Of a stretch of DNA of 35,167 nucleotides, positions 1 to 7,429 are shown piece after piece; the first letter of the stretch is position 1, and each line of letters starts with the position of its first letter. The position numbers and the translations under genes were made by a program. Where the stretch lies: positions 1 to 35,167 of the IMG/VR virus record IMGVR_UViG_3300037286_000056. The stretch is one strand, 5' to 3'. The DNA comes from a virus. Lineage: Duplodnaviria > Caudoviricetes. Under the pieces are notes generated by a model that worked only from the letters and a program-made list of their open reading frames with translations, did not search any database and was not told where the DNA came from.

Positions 1-1
1 G

Positions 2-718
2 CTTGATACGGGGCGCGCCTCCCGTGACTTCACCATTCAGAAGATTGACGGGGAACTCTACACCAACTTCTCCGGCCTCACGCGAATTGAGAAGTACGAA
101 CCCAGTTTCCCGTGCCAGGTGTCCACCTTCACGCTGGACGGCCTGTGCGAATGGCTGAAACGGGACATCGACGGCAACTTTGCCAAGCATGGCCGCCTGA
201 TGGTGGTGGTCGAGAACGAAGTGACCGTGGGCGTTTACCCGCCCCTGTGCGGCGTGGAGATGAACCGCCGCCCGCAGCTTGCCGAGTGCAAGCGCCGGAT
301 TGAAGCCTTTCCGTGGGGCCGCTATCAGGATCAGGAAGCATTCATCGTGTTCCTGCTCAGCCGATTTGCGGAGGACTCGCAGGGCAACCGCGAGCTGGTC
401 GGCAAGCTGGTCGGCAACATCCGGCAGGAGCAGAGCGCCGAGTCCGCAGATGATGGCATCAGCCAGCGCGTGATCGTCAAGAATGGCATCTACAAGGTGG
501 GCGAGGCCATCATCCAGAATCCCGTGTACCTCGCGCCCATGCGCACGTTCTGCGAGATTGCCCAGCCAGTCAGCCCCTTCGTGCTGCGCGTACAGGAAGG
601 CCCCGCCATCGCCTTGTTCGAGGCCGATGCGGGCGAATGGCGCAACGCAGCCGTGCATGGCATCAGGGACTATCTGACCGCCATGCTGGACGGCCTGAGC
701 GTGGACATCATCGCGTAA
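2..718 (+). CDS. Conserved phage early/middle protein, 5' truncated by window edge
   Basis: Frame is open from base 2 through the 119..718 ORF. C-terminal LAPMRTFCEIAQPVSPFVLR...ALFEADAGEWR matches a motif I recognise from uncharacterised Firmicutes phage proteins. Confidence 0.85.
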   Translation, partial: LDTGRASRDFTIQKIDGELYTNFSGLTRIEKYEPSFPCQVSTFTLDGLCEWLKRDIDGNFAKHGRLMVVVENEVTVGVYPPLCGVEMNRRPQLAECKRRIEAFPWGRYQDQEAFIVFLLSRFAEDSQGNRELVGKLVGNIRQEQSAESADDGISQRVIVKNGIYKVGEAIIQNPVYLAPMRTFCEIAQPVSPFVLRVQEGPAIALFEADAGEWRNAAVHGIRDYLTAMLDGLSVDIIA

Positions 719-737
719 CGAACGGCACCAGACCACT

Positions 738-770
738 GCAAAGCCCCTGTCAATGGGGCAGGGGCTTTGC
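738..770 (+). other. Strong hairpin upstream of tRNA cluster (processing/termination or part of ncRNA)
   Basis: Perfect 12-bp inverted repeat GCAAAGCCCCTG (738-749) / CAGGGGCTTTGC (759-770); no U-tract follows. Confidence 0.6.
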
Positions 771-775
771 GATAT

Positions 776-858
776 GCGGCGGTAGCTCAACTGGCAGAGC
801 GCCGGACGGTAGCCAATCCGTCCGTTGGTTGCGGGTTCAAGTCCCGCCCGCCGTTCCA
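776..858 (+). tRNA. Atypical tRNA-like gene, probably Gly(GCC)-derived, with extended anticodon arm
   Basis: Acceptor GCGGCGG/CCGCCGT, discriminator T, encoded CCA (856-858); D arm GCTC-AACTGGCA-GAGC; T arm GCGGG-TTCAAGT-CCCGC; anticodon arm is a 7-bp stem CGGACGG/CCGTCCG with 8-nt loop TAGCCAAT. Isotype uncertain. Confidence 0.7.
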
Positions 859-928
859 GCCCCAGCGCGAGTGGTCAACGCGCGGCGTGCCACACCGTTC
901 CCGCAGGAGGCACGCCACGGGGCATTTT

Positions 929-1004
929 GCCACCATAGCCCAGTTGGCAGAGCAGCCGCCCCATAAGCGGCAGGACGCGGGTTCAAATCCCGCAGGTGGC
1001 ACCA
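929..1004 (+). tRNA. tRNA with CAT anticodon (elongator Met or Ile2), with non-canonical positions
   Basis: 76-nt cloverleaf: GCCACCA/AGGTGGC acceptor, A discriminator, CCA end; anticodon stem GCCGC/GCGGC with loop CCCATAA; T arm GCGGG-TTCAAAT-CCCGC. Confidence 0.88.
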
Positions 1005-1385
1005 AAAGCCCTGAAGCGGGTGCCAAAGGAGGTGATTGATACGCCTGGCATCGATAAGAAAACGGCTATTGTCCATCTGGACGCAAAACAAAGCACTTGG
1101 ACGCAGGATGTGCCACATCTCGCCCAATCAGTACGACCTCACGTGGCGGTAACGGGATACTAGGTGCAGGCAAAGGCTGCGGTCGAAGGCCAGACACCGC
1201 ACAACAGGACACGGGGCTGCGCGCTCACCGTAGCGCGGGGGACTGAATGATACGAATGACCACGGTCAGGTGGCATACTGCTGCCGGTGGTACCTAGGGA
1301 ATGGATATTGGGAGCCGTGGAAAAGCAGCGAAGCCCGCGGATGCAGATGCTTGTAGTAGGGCGGGGGGTATGCGCGGGCTTCGCA
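1005..1385 (+). ncRNA. Candidate large structured ncRNA (GOLLD/ROOL-like ornate RNA) directly downstream of tRNAs
   Basis: No convincing CDS; nested long-range helices (1062-1076 with 1301-1318; 1160-1167 with 1290-1297; 1328-1339 with 1373-1384), several local hairpins and potential pseudoknots. Family assignment is inference from context. Confidence 0.6.
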
Positions 1386-1399
1386 TGGGTGGTGAAAGC

Positions 1400-2059
1400 A
1401 TGGAGATCGTACCCGGAAAGATCGTGAACATCGACGAACACGGCCTCACCATCTATGTGTCCTACACCAACTGGGAGCGCTTCTGCCTGCGCCAGTATGA
1501 CGAGGTACAGGTTGGCATGCCGGATGGCCGCCAGCTGAGCCCCGAGCAGCGCCGCAAGGCCTATGCCCTGATGGGCGAGATTGCGGTATGGAGCGGCTAC
1601 ACGCTCAACCAGATCAAGATGGTGCTGAAACGGCGGTTTGTGAACGAAACGATGGAAGCGCTCAAGAAGGAGCTCTTCTCGCTGGCGGACTGCGATATGA
1701 CCACCGCGCGAGAATACATCACCTTCCTGATTGAGTTCGTGTTGGAGTTCGACGTGCCCGTAAGCGTTCCGCTTTCCACCCTGTGCGACGATATCGAGCG
1801 GTATGTGTATGCCTGCCTGATTCACAAGAAATGCGGCGTATGCGGCAAACGTGCCGACCTGCACCACGTGGACAGGGTGGGGATGGGGCGTGATCGCCGC
1901 ACGATCAACCACCTTGGGCTGCTGGCCATGCCCTTATGCCGCGAGCACCACATGTTGGTGGATTCACTGGGGGATGCGCAGTTCATGGAAATCTACCATC
2001 TGGTGGCGGTGGCCATCGACGAGAAGATCGCCAAGGTATACCGACTGAACATCAAGTAG
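1400..2059 (+). CDS. Putative HNH nuclease (HNHc/DUF968-like)
   Basis: C-terminal CGVCG...DLHHVD...PLCREHH zinc/HNH motif; start moved to ATG 1400 after GGTGG/GGTGA RBS-like sequence because the upstream extension lies in the structured RNA. Confidence 0.85.
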   Translation: MEIVPGKIVNIDEHGLTIYVSYTNWERFCLRQYDEVQVGMPDGRQLSPEQRRKAYALMGEIAVWSGYTLNQIKMVLKRRFVNETMEALKKELFSLADCDMTTAREYITFLIEFVLEFDVPVSVPLSTLCDDIERYVYACLIHKKCGVCGKRADLHHVDRVGMGRDRRTINHLGLLAMPLCREHHMLVDSLGDAQFMEIYHLVAVAIDEKIAKVYRLNIK

Positions 2060-2079
2060 ACCCTTGAGGGGGTATCGCA

Positions 2080-2739
2080 ATGGGGTTGAGCTACGTCAAG
2101 GTCTATTATGACCTGTTGGAAGCCTTGGAAACCCTCTCCGAGAGTGAACGAGGGCGGCTGATTACTGCCATGCTACAACACGCACGGCAGGACGATGTTA
2201 TACCGCTCACCGGCGGAGAGAGATACCTATGGCCGATGCTCAGGGCGCAAATAGACAGGGACATGGATTGCTACCGGGAAATATCGGCTAAGCGCAGCGA
2301 GGCCGCAAGGTCCGGTGGACGTCCATCAAGCTCCGGAGAAAAGCAATTGCAAGCAAAAGGTATACAAAAAAACCAATTGCATGCAAATACAAGCAATTGC
2401 AACCAAGACAAAGACCATGATAAAGACAAAGACGAAGACCATGACGTTTACGAAGCCCGCGCACCCAAGGGCGCGAAGCAAAGCGCAAAGCGCTTTACTC
2501 CACCAAGCGTTGCGGACGTGGCTGAATACTGCGCCCAGCGGAAAAACGGCATTGACCCGCAGAAGTTTATTGATCACTATTCCGCCAAAGGCTGGAAGAT
2601 TGGCAGCACGCCCATGAAGGACTGGCGAGCCGCTGTACGCACATGGGAAAGCCGCGACGCGAAGGCAACCACACAGGCGCCCGCACAGAAGCCGCACTAC
2701 AACCCGTTTCTTGCCGAACTGAGGGAGGGCTTGCCATGA
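2080..2739 (+). CDS. Phage replication initiator/organiser (DUF6291-like N-terminus)
   Basis: N-terminal LETLSESERGRLITAML, low-complexity centre with DNA repeats, C-terminal FTPPSVADVAEYC...FIDHYSAKGWKIG..MKDWRAAVRTWE; lies upstream of helicase loader. Confidence 0.85.
   Translation: MGLSYVKVYYDLLEALETLSESERGRLITAMLQHARQDDVIPLTGGERYLWPMLRAQIDRDMDCYREISAKRSEAARSGGRPSSSGEKQLQAKGIQKNQLHANTSNCNQDKDHDKDKDEDHDVYEARAPKGAKQSAKRFTPPSVADVAEYCAQRKNGIDPQKFIDHYSAKGWKIGSTPMKDWRAAVRTWESRDAKATTQAPAQKPHYNPFLAELREGLP
2338..2445. repeat. Iteron-like repeats, probable phage replication origin
   Basis: CAATTGCA at 2344, 2374 and 2394 in an A-rich patch, followed by tandem AAGAC repeats (AAGACCATGA twice) at 2404-2444, inside the initiator gene. 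Confidence 0.65.
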
Positions 2740-3452
2740 ACCTGACGGAGACGAAAAAGGCGATGGCCGTGATCCAAGAAATCTACCCGCGCTTCATGGA
2801 CGGCAGGGATGCAGCCAACACTGTGGCTATCTGGGCCAAGATGTTCCCCGGCGAGGAATACCCGCGCGTGGAAGCGGCGATTCTTGCTTTTGTCGCCTCG
2901 GACGTGAAGGGGTTCCCGCCTTCCATCGGCCAGATCAAGGACAAGCTGGCACAGATGCAGGCGGATAATACGCTGGACGAAGCAGGCGCGTGGGCACTGG
3001 TGGCGGCGGCGATGCGAAACGGCATTTACGGCAGCAAAAAGGAGTTTGCCAAGCTCCCCTACGACGTGCAACGGGCGGTGGGCAGCCCAAACCAACTGCG
3101 CGACTGGGCTTTGATGGACATGGAAGTTGTGAACAGCGTGGTGTGCAGCAACTTCATGCGCAGTTACAGGGCGCGTGCGGTGCACACGCGCGAGCTGCAA
3201 AAGCTGCCGGAGAGCGTGAGGCAGATGTACCTCGCGGTAGGCGATGCGTTTGCCATGGAGCGGGCCTTGCCTGCGCCGGAGCGAACTGCGCCAGAGCCAG
3301 AGCCGGAGCCGACTCCCTGCCCCGACAGCGTGCGGGGCGTGCTGGACACCATGCGGCAGAAAGCCGAAGCGGACAAGGTCGAGAGCGCTAAGCGTAAGGT
3401 TGCCTCCATGATGCAGCGGTTTGGCATTGCCGGGAGTGATGCACGCAGTTAG
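2736..3452 (+). CDS. Replicative helicase loader/inhibitor (G39P-like)
   Basis: ATG overlaps initiator stop (ATGA); MNLTETKKAMAVIQEIYPRF...IWAKMF...FPPSIGQI motif typical of the family. Confidence 0.8.
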   Translation: MNLTETKKAMAVIQEIYPRFMDGRDAANTVAIWAKMFPGEEYPRVEAAILAFVASDVKGFPPSIGQIKDKLAQMQADNTLDEAGAWALVAAAMRNGIYGSKKEFAKLPYDVQRAVGSPNQLRDWALMDMEVVNSVVCSNFMRSYRARAVHTRELQKLPESVRQMYLAVGDAFAMERALPAPERTAPEPEPEPTPCPDSVRGVLDTMRQKAEADKVESAKRKVASMMQRFGIAGSDARS

Positions 3453-3488
3453 GACGGCATTAAAAGCGGAGTGCAGAGAGGAGATCCT

Positions 3489-3902
3489 ATGAGACTTACA
3501 GTGTTCGGGAAGCCGGAGGGCAAAGCGAGACCGAGGGTGGTAAAAGGCCACGCCTACACCCCTGAGAATACGGCGGCGTATGAATGCATGGTGCAAGCCG
3601 CGTTCCGGCAGGGCAACCCCGGCGCGTGCCCGCTGCAAGGTGCGGTGCGGGTAGAGATCGCGGCGTTCTACGCTGTGCCCAAGTCCGCCTCCAAACGCAT
3701 GCAGGCGAGGATGCGCAATAACGAAATGCTGCCGGTGATCCGCCCTGATTGGGACAATATCGGCAAACTGGTCTGCGATGCGCTCAACGGCATCGCGTGG
3801 AAGGACGATGCGCAGGTCGTGGAAGCGAGCGTTGTCAAGCGTTACGGCATCACGCCCATGGTGTGCGTGAAGATTGAGGAGGTTGCAAGTGAAAGCGATT
3901 GA
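3489..3902 (+). CDS. rusA: RusA family Holliday junction resolvase
   Basis: GKPEGKARPR N-terminus and RPDWDNIGKLVCDALNGIAWKDDAQVV catalytic motif. Confidence 0.93.
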   Translation: MRLTVFGKPEGKARPRVVKGHAYTPENTAAYECMVQAAFRQGNPGACPLQGAVRVEIAAFYAVPKSASKRMQARMRNNEMLPVIRPDWDNIGKLVCDALNGIAWKDDAQVVEASVVKRYGITPMVCVKIEEVASESD

Positions 3903-4311
3903 TGTTTTGCAGGCGCTGCCAAGGGTGAGCATCAAGAATATAGCGCCGGATGGGTTTGCCGGGTTCATCATGATGCCGAACGAGAAACGGTTGCTGGCTT
4001 TTATCGCGAGCTGGGGCGGTGGCTGGGATCATGTGAGCGTCAGCTACACCCACCGTTGCCCGACGTGGGAAGAAATGCAGCGGGTCAAGGAGATGTTCTA
4101 TGCCGACGATGAGGTCGTGGTGCAATATCATCCCGCGAGCGACCAGTATGTCAACAACCATCCCTACTGCCTGCACCTGTGGAAACCACATGAGGAACGC
4201 ATTCCGACGCCGCCGACGTGGATGGCTGGCGCGAAACTTGGGCAAAGCATCGAAATTGCCATGCGCGAAGGACGCGCCGCGCTGGATGGACAGCCGGAAA
4301 GGGGGCGCTGA
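3889..4311 (+). CDS. Conserved phage protein of unknown function
   Basis: GTG after GAGGAGG; WDHVSVS..RCPTWEEM..VKEMF...QYHP...YVNNHPYCLHLWKP is a widespread His-rich phage motif. Confidence 0.85.
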   Translation: MKAIDVLQALPRVSIKNIAPDGFAGFIMMPNEKRLLAFIASWGGGWDHVSVSYTHRCPTWEEMQRVKEMFYADDEVVVQYHPASDQYVNNHPYCLHLWKPHEERIPTPPTWMAGAKLGQSIEIAMREGRAALDGQPERGR

Positions 4312-4805
4312 TGGTGGAGCGCCGGGCAGACAAACAGGAGTATGAGGCACTCAAACGCATTGCCCATCTGGCCGCCGAGATCATCGAAGGGCGGGAATCC
4401 CTCAAAGCGCTCGCCGAGGATGCCGGATGCGTGGACACCCTTTCAGCGTTTACCGCGGCGGAGAACGAACTGCTTACCCGATTGACGTCTCTGCTGCCCT
4501 TACACCAGCGCAAGCAGCTGATGCGGCATGTGAGCGACATGAAAGTGGCCTTCACCTCGCCGGTAGCGGTGAGCCGGGACGAAGCCTATGTGTACGTGCC
4601 GCGCGAAACCATCCTGCAGCTCATCAAAAGCGGTGCCCCCGATAAATGCGCGCTGTGTCTCGGGGAACCAGACGAACTGCGGTCATGCCGGTTCAGGCAG
4701 GCGGTCAACGACCTGCGCATGGACCATGTGCCGGATGATGTGATTGGCTGCACGGTGCGGCTGCTCGCGTCGCCCGCCAAAGGGAAAGGTGGTGCCGAAC
4801 CATGA
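4311..4805 (+). CDS. Hypothetical phage protein with Cys cluster (possible Zn-binding)
   Basis: TGATG coupling with upstream gene; KCALC...SCRF...GC pattern. Confidence 0.75.
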   Translation: MVERRADKQEYEALKRIAHLAAEIIEGRESLKALAEDAGCVDTLSAFTAAENELLTRLTSLLPLHQRKQLMRHVSDMKVAFTSPVAVSRDEAYVYVPRETILQLIKSGAPDKCALCLGEPDELRSCRFRQAVNDLRMDHVPDDVIGCTVRLLASPAKGKGGAEP

Positions 4806-5281
4806 GAAAGGCAATGTCGGTAATCCTGCTTGCGTTTGTGCTGAGTACGGTGGGCATGACCGCCCGAGCCGATGACGATATCGGCGTGACCTGCATGGTG
4901 CAGATCAGTAGCGGCGTGCTGTACATCCGCGAACGGCCTACCCGCAAGAGCCACGACGCAGGCACGCTGCGTGCCGGGGAAACGGTGGTGGCCATCGGCT
5001 ATCAAGGCGGCTGGACGCTGGTGGAAGCCCCTGTCGAGGCCGGTACTGGTTGGGTGAAGTCGGAGTACCTCACCACATCCACAGAGGATTATGGGCAGTA
5101 TTTCAACAGCAGCGGTGGGCCGGTCCGCATACGCAACGGTATCGGCGGCACCAAAACGGGCGAACTGAAAGCCGGGAAGAAGGTCACCGTGACCGCGTGG
5201 GGCATTGATATCGATGGCGCAACCTGGGCGTACATTGGCCGGGGCTATGTGATGGCCAAATATCTGAGCAAGGTGGAGTGA
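4802..5281 (+). CDS. Secreted protein with tandem bacterial SH3 (SH3b-like) domains
   Basis: Signal peptide MRKAMSVILLAFVLSTVGMTARA; two repeats LYIRERP...LRAGETV...W...GWVKSEYL and VRIRNGIG...LKAGKKV...W...GYVMAKYL. Confidence 0.85.
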   Translation: MRKAMSVILLAFVLSTVGMTARADDDIGVTCMVQISSGVLYIRERPTRKSHDAGTLRAGETVVAIGYQGGWTLVEAPVEAGTGWVKSEYLTTSTEDYGQYFNSSGGPVRIRNGIGGTKTGELKAGKKVTVTAWGIDIDGATWAYIGRGYVMAKYLSKVE

Positions 5282-5577
5282 ACATGACATTTACAGCAAG
5301 GCAGAAGGAAGTGGCGCGCTGGGCGTTTCAGAACGGGCAGTCTGAAGCGAGCTTCGCGCGGGATAACGCAATGCCGATTGGCACCGTGAAGTGGCTGTTT
5401 GAGATCGTCAGCGCCGATTTACGCGCAGAAGAGCGCGACCTCAACATGCGGGTGAGGCTCGAAATGGCTGGCGCGCTGAAAAAGCTGCAACTGGATTCCG
5501 AACACGTGGGGATGCTGCGGTATGAGTCGTGCCGGATGCATTGCGCGGGGTATCCGCGCAGGCCGGATACGGTATGA
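5278..5577 (+). CDS. Hypothetical protein, possible N-terminal HTH
   Basis: Overlaps upstream stop; FTARQKEVARWAFQNGQSEASFARDNAMPIGTVK resembles a sigma-4/LuxR-type HTH. Confidence 0.65.
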   Translation: MNMTFTARQKEVARWAFQNGQSEASFARDNAMPIGTVKWLFEIVSADLRAEERDLNMRVRLEMAGALKKLQLDSEHVGMLRYESCRMHCAGYPRRPDTV

Positions 5578-5589
5578 GGGGGCGAGAAG

Positions 5590-6549
5590 ATGCAAGGCAA
5601 GATTAACATTATCAACATATCGGGCGGTGTTGACAGCACAGCGTGCTACTTGTTGGCCTTGGAGCATGGTATCCCCTTCAGGGCCGTGTTCGCGGACACG
5701 GGCAACGAGCACGAATACACGCTTGAATATATCAACGACCTCGGTCGCCGCACCGGTGGACCTGCTGTGCAAACCGTGCGGGCAGACTTCCGGCAGAAGA
5801 TTGCCGTGCGGCGCGCCGGGCTGGAAAAGATGCGCGATAGTGGCGAGTACCTGCGCGACTGGACGGCGGAAGCGGTTGAGCGTGTGCTTACGCACCTGCA
5901 CCCAACAAGCATACCGTTTCTCGACCTATGCGCGCTAAAGGGGCGCTTCCCAAGCACTAAAGCCCGTTTCTGCACCATCGAGCTGAAGCTCGATCCGATC
6001 AAATGGCAGTCTACGGCTCCGGCTATTGTGGAGGCGTATGCCAAAAGTCAGCGTCCAGCGGATGTCTGGAATTGGGTCGGCATCCGGCGCGATGAATCGG
6101 AGGACAGAAGAGAGGCAGAAGAACTGGAGAGCGACTCCATGGGCAACACGATCTATCGGCCTTTGGTGGATTGGCCCAAGTCAGCGTGTTTCGACCTGCT
6201 CAAGCGACACAATGTTCCTCCAAACCCATTATACAGGCTCGGTTGTGGACGGGTCGGGTGTATGTTTTGCGTCAATGCGACCAAGGATGAGATTTGCGAA
6301 GTGTCCAAACGCTTTTCGCACCACATTAGCCGGATCAGGGAATGGGAACAGCATGTGAGGCTGTGTTCCAAACGCGGCGCATCCACCTTCTTTCCTGCAA
6401 CCAAGATACCGGGGCTTTCAGATACCCGTGCAGACATCGATAGCGTGGTGGAATGGTCTATGACCGGTCATGGCGGGATGCAGTATGACATGCTGCGTCA
6501 GGCCGAGGATGTTCCAGCCTGTTCTAGCATGTATGGCCTGTGTGAGTGA
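5590..6549 (+). CDS. PAPS reductase / PP-loop family protein
   Basis: PP-loop ISGGVDST, FADTGNE, RFCTIELKLDP, GIRRDES..R, RPLVDW, NPLYRLGCGRVGCMFC and terminal CSSMYGLCE. Confidence 0.92.
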   Translation: MQGKINIINISGGVDSTACYLLALEHGIPFRAVFADTGNEHEYTLEYINDLGRRTGGPAVQTVRADFRQKIAVRRAGLEKMRDSGEYLRDWTAEAVERVLTHLHPTSIPFLDLCALKGRFPSTKARFCTIELKLDPIKWQSTAPAIVEAYAKSQRPADVWNWVGIRRDESEDRREAEELESDSMGNTIYRPLVDWPKSACFDLLKRHNVPPNPLYRLGCGRVGCMFCVNATKDEICEVSKRFSHHISRIREWEQHVRLCSKRGASTFFPATKIPGLSDTRADIDSVVEWSMTGHGGMQYDMLRQAEDVPACSSMYGLCE

Positions 6550-6580
6550 CGCACTTATTAGCGGAGTAAGGGAGCACATC

Positions 6581-7429
6581 ATGAAAAGGATTGCGCGCGT
6601 GTTTCCGAGCCAAACCAGCATGACACCGGACGATTCATTGGCATTCATCAACTGCCCGCCGCCCCTCCTTGCCATGCCTGAAGTTGATGAGGTGCATATA
6701 TCCGTTACCTTCACTTGGGATATCCCCCGCGCATATTGGCTTGCCGAGCAATGGCTCTCCGTTGGTGTCCCTGTTCATGTTGGCGGGGTAGCCTTTGGGA
6801 ACCCAAGCGGCGATTTCGTGCCTGGACTATATGTCAAGAAAGGTGCAATCATTACCAGTCGAGGGTGCCCGAATCACTGCTGGTTCTGCAGTGTTCCCAA
6901 AAGGGAAGGTGGGCTTCGTGAACTGCCTGTGCAGGATGGGTGGAATGTGCTGGATGATAATCTGCTAGCCTGTAGCGATCAACATGTCAAAGCGGTATTC
7001 GAGATGCTGTCTCGGCAGCCGCACCCGCCCAAGTTTACAGGCGGTTTGGAGGCGAGAATCCTTAAAACATGGCACGCAGAAGCGCTACGCACGTTGCGTC
7101 CTGACAAGATGTACTTCGCTTATGACACCGCCGATGATTATGAGCCGCTGGTGTTGGCCGGAAAGATGATGCGAGATGCTGGGCATACGGTAACCTCGCA
7201 TCGCACCTGCTGCTATGTGCTGATCGGCTACCCCGGCGACACATTTCAAGCAGCCGAAAGGCGACTGATTGATACCATACGCGCCGGATTTATGCCGTTT
7301 GCAATGCTATACAGGGACGCATCTGGAGCGCGCGATCACGACTGGGCAAGGTTCCAGTGCGAATGGCTTCGTGGAAAGATCGTCGGCGTCAAAATGCATG
7401 AATACTGGGGAAAAGAGGCTGCCTCATGA
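6581..7429 (+). CDS. Radical SAM protein
   Basis: TSRGCPNHCWFC (CxxxCxxC), preceded by SVTFTWD...VHVGG, followed by VLDDNLLA and YVLIGYPGDT; ATG after AGGGAG. Confidence 0.9.
   Translation: MKRIARVFPSQTSMTPDDSLAFINCPPPLLAMPEVDEVHISVTFTWDIPRAYWLAEQWLSVGVPVHVGGVAFGNPSGDFVPGLYVKKGAIITSRGCPNHCWFCSVPKREGGLRELPVQDGWNVLDDNLLACSDQHVKAVFEMLSRQPHPPKFTGGLEARILKTWHAEALRTLRPDKMYFAYDTADDYEPLVLAGKMMRDAGHTVTSHRTCCYVLIGYPGDTFQAAERRLIDTIRAGFMPFAMLYRDASGARDHDWARFQCEWLRGKIVGVKMHEYWGKEAAS

Noticed and set aside
802-824. Reading the first tRNA as Tyr (GTA at 809-811)
   Set aside because: No 5-bp stem closes a 7-nt loop around GTA, and U73 plus the GCG start fit Gly better.
1032-1163. Small ORFs after the AGGAGGTG sequence at 1027-1034
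   Set aside because: No ATG at usable spacing, the SD-like sequence lies inside a predicted hairpin, and the region is better explained as structured RNA. Not fully excluded.
1301-1399. N-terminal extension of the HNH ORF in the ORF track
   Set aside because: Overlaps the 12-bp RNA stem; better start with RBS at 1400.
2697-3971. 424-aa minus-strand ORF and other long antisense ORFs (e.g. 26148..27323, 33713..34774, 24122..25081)
   Set aside because: Each lies opposite well-supported phage genes and has no recognisable domain.
5590-6549. Dnd/Ssp phosphorothioation system
   Set aside because: Only a PAPS-reductase-family gene is present; no cysteine desulfurase, DndD ATPase or DndE recognisable.
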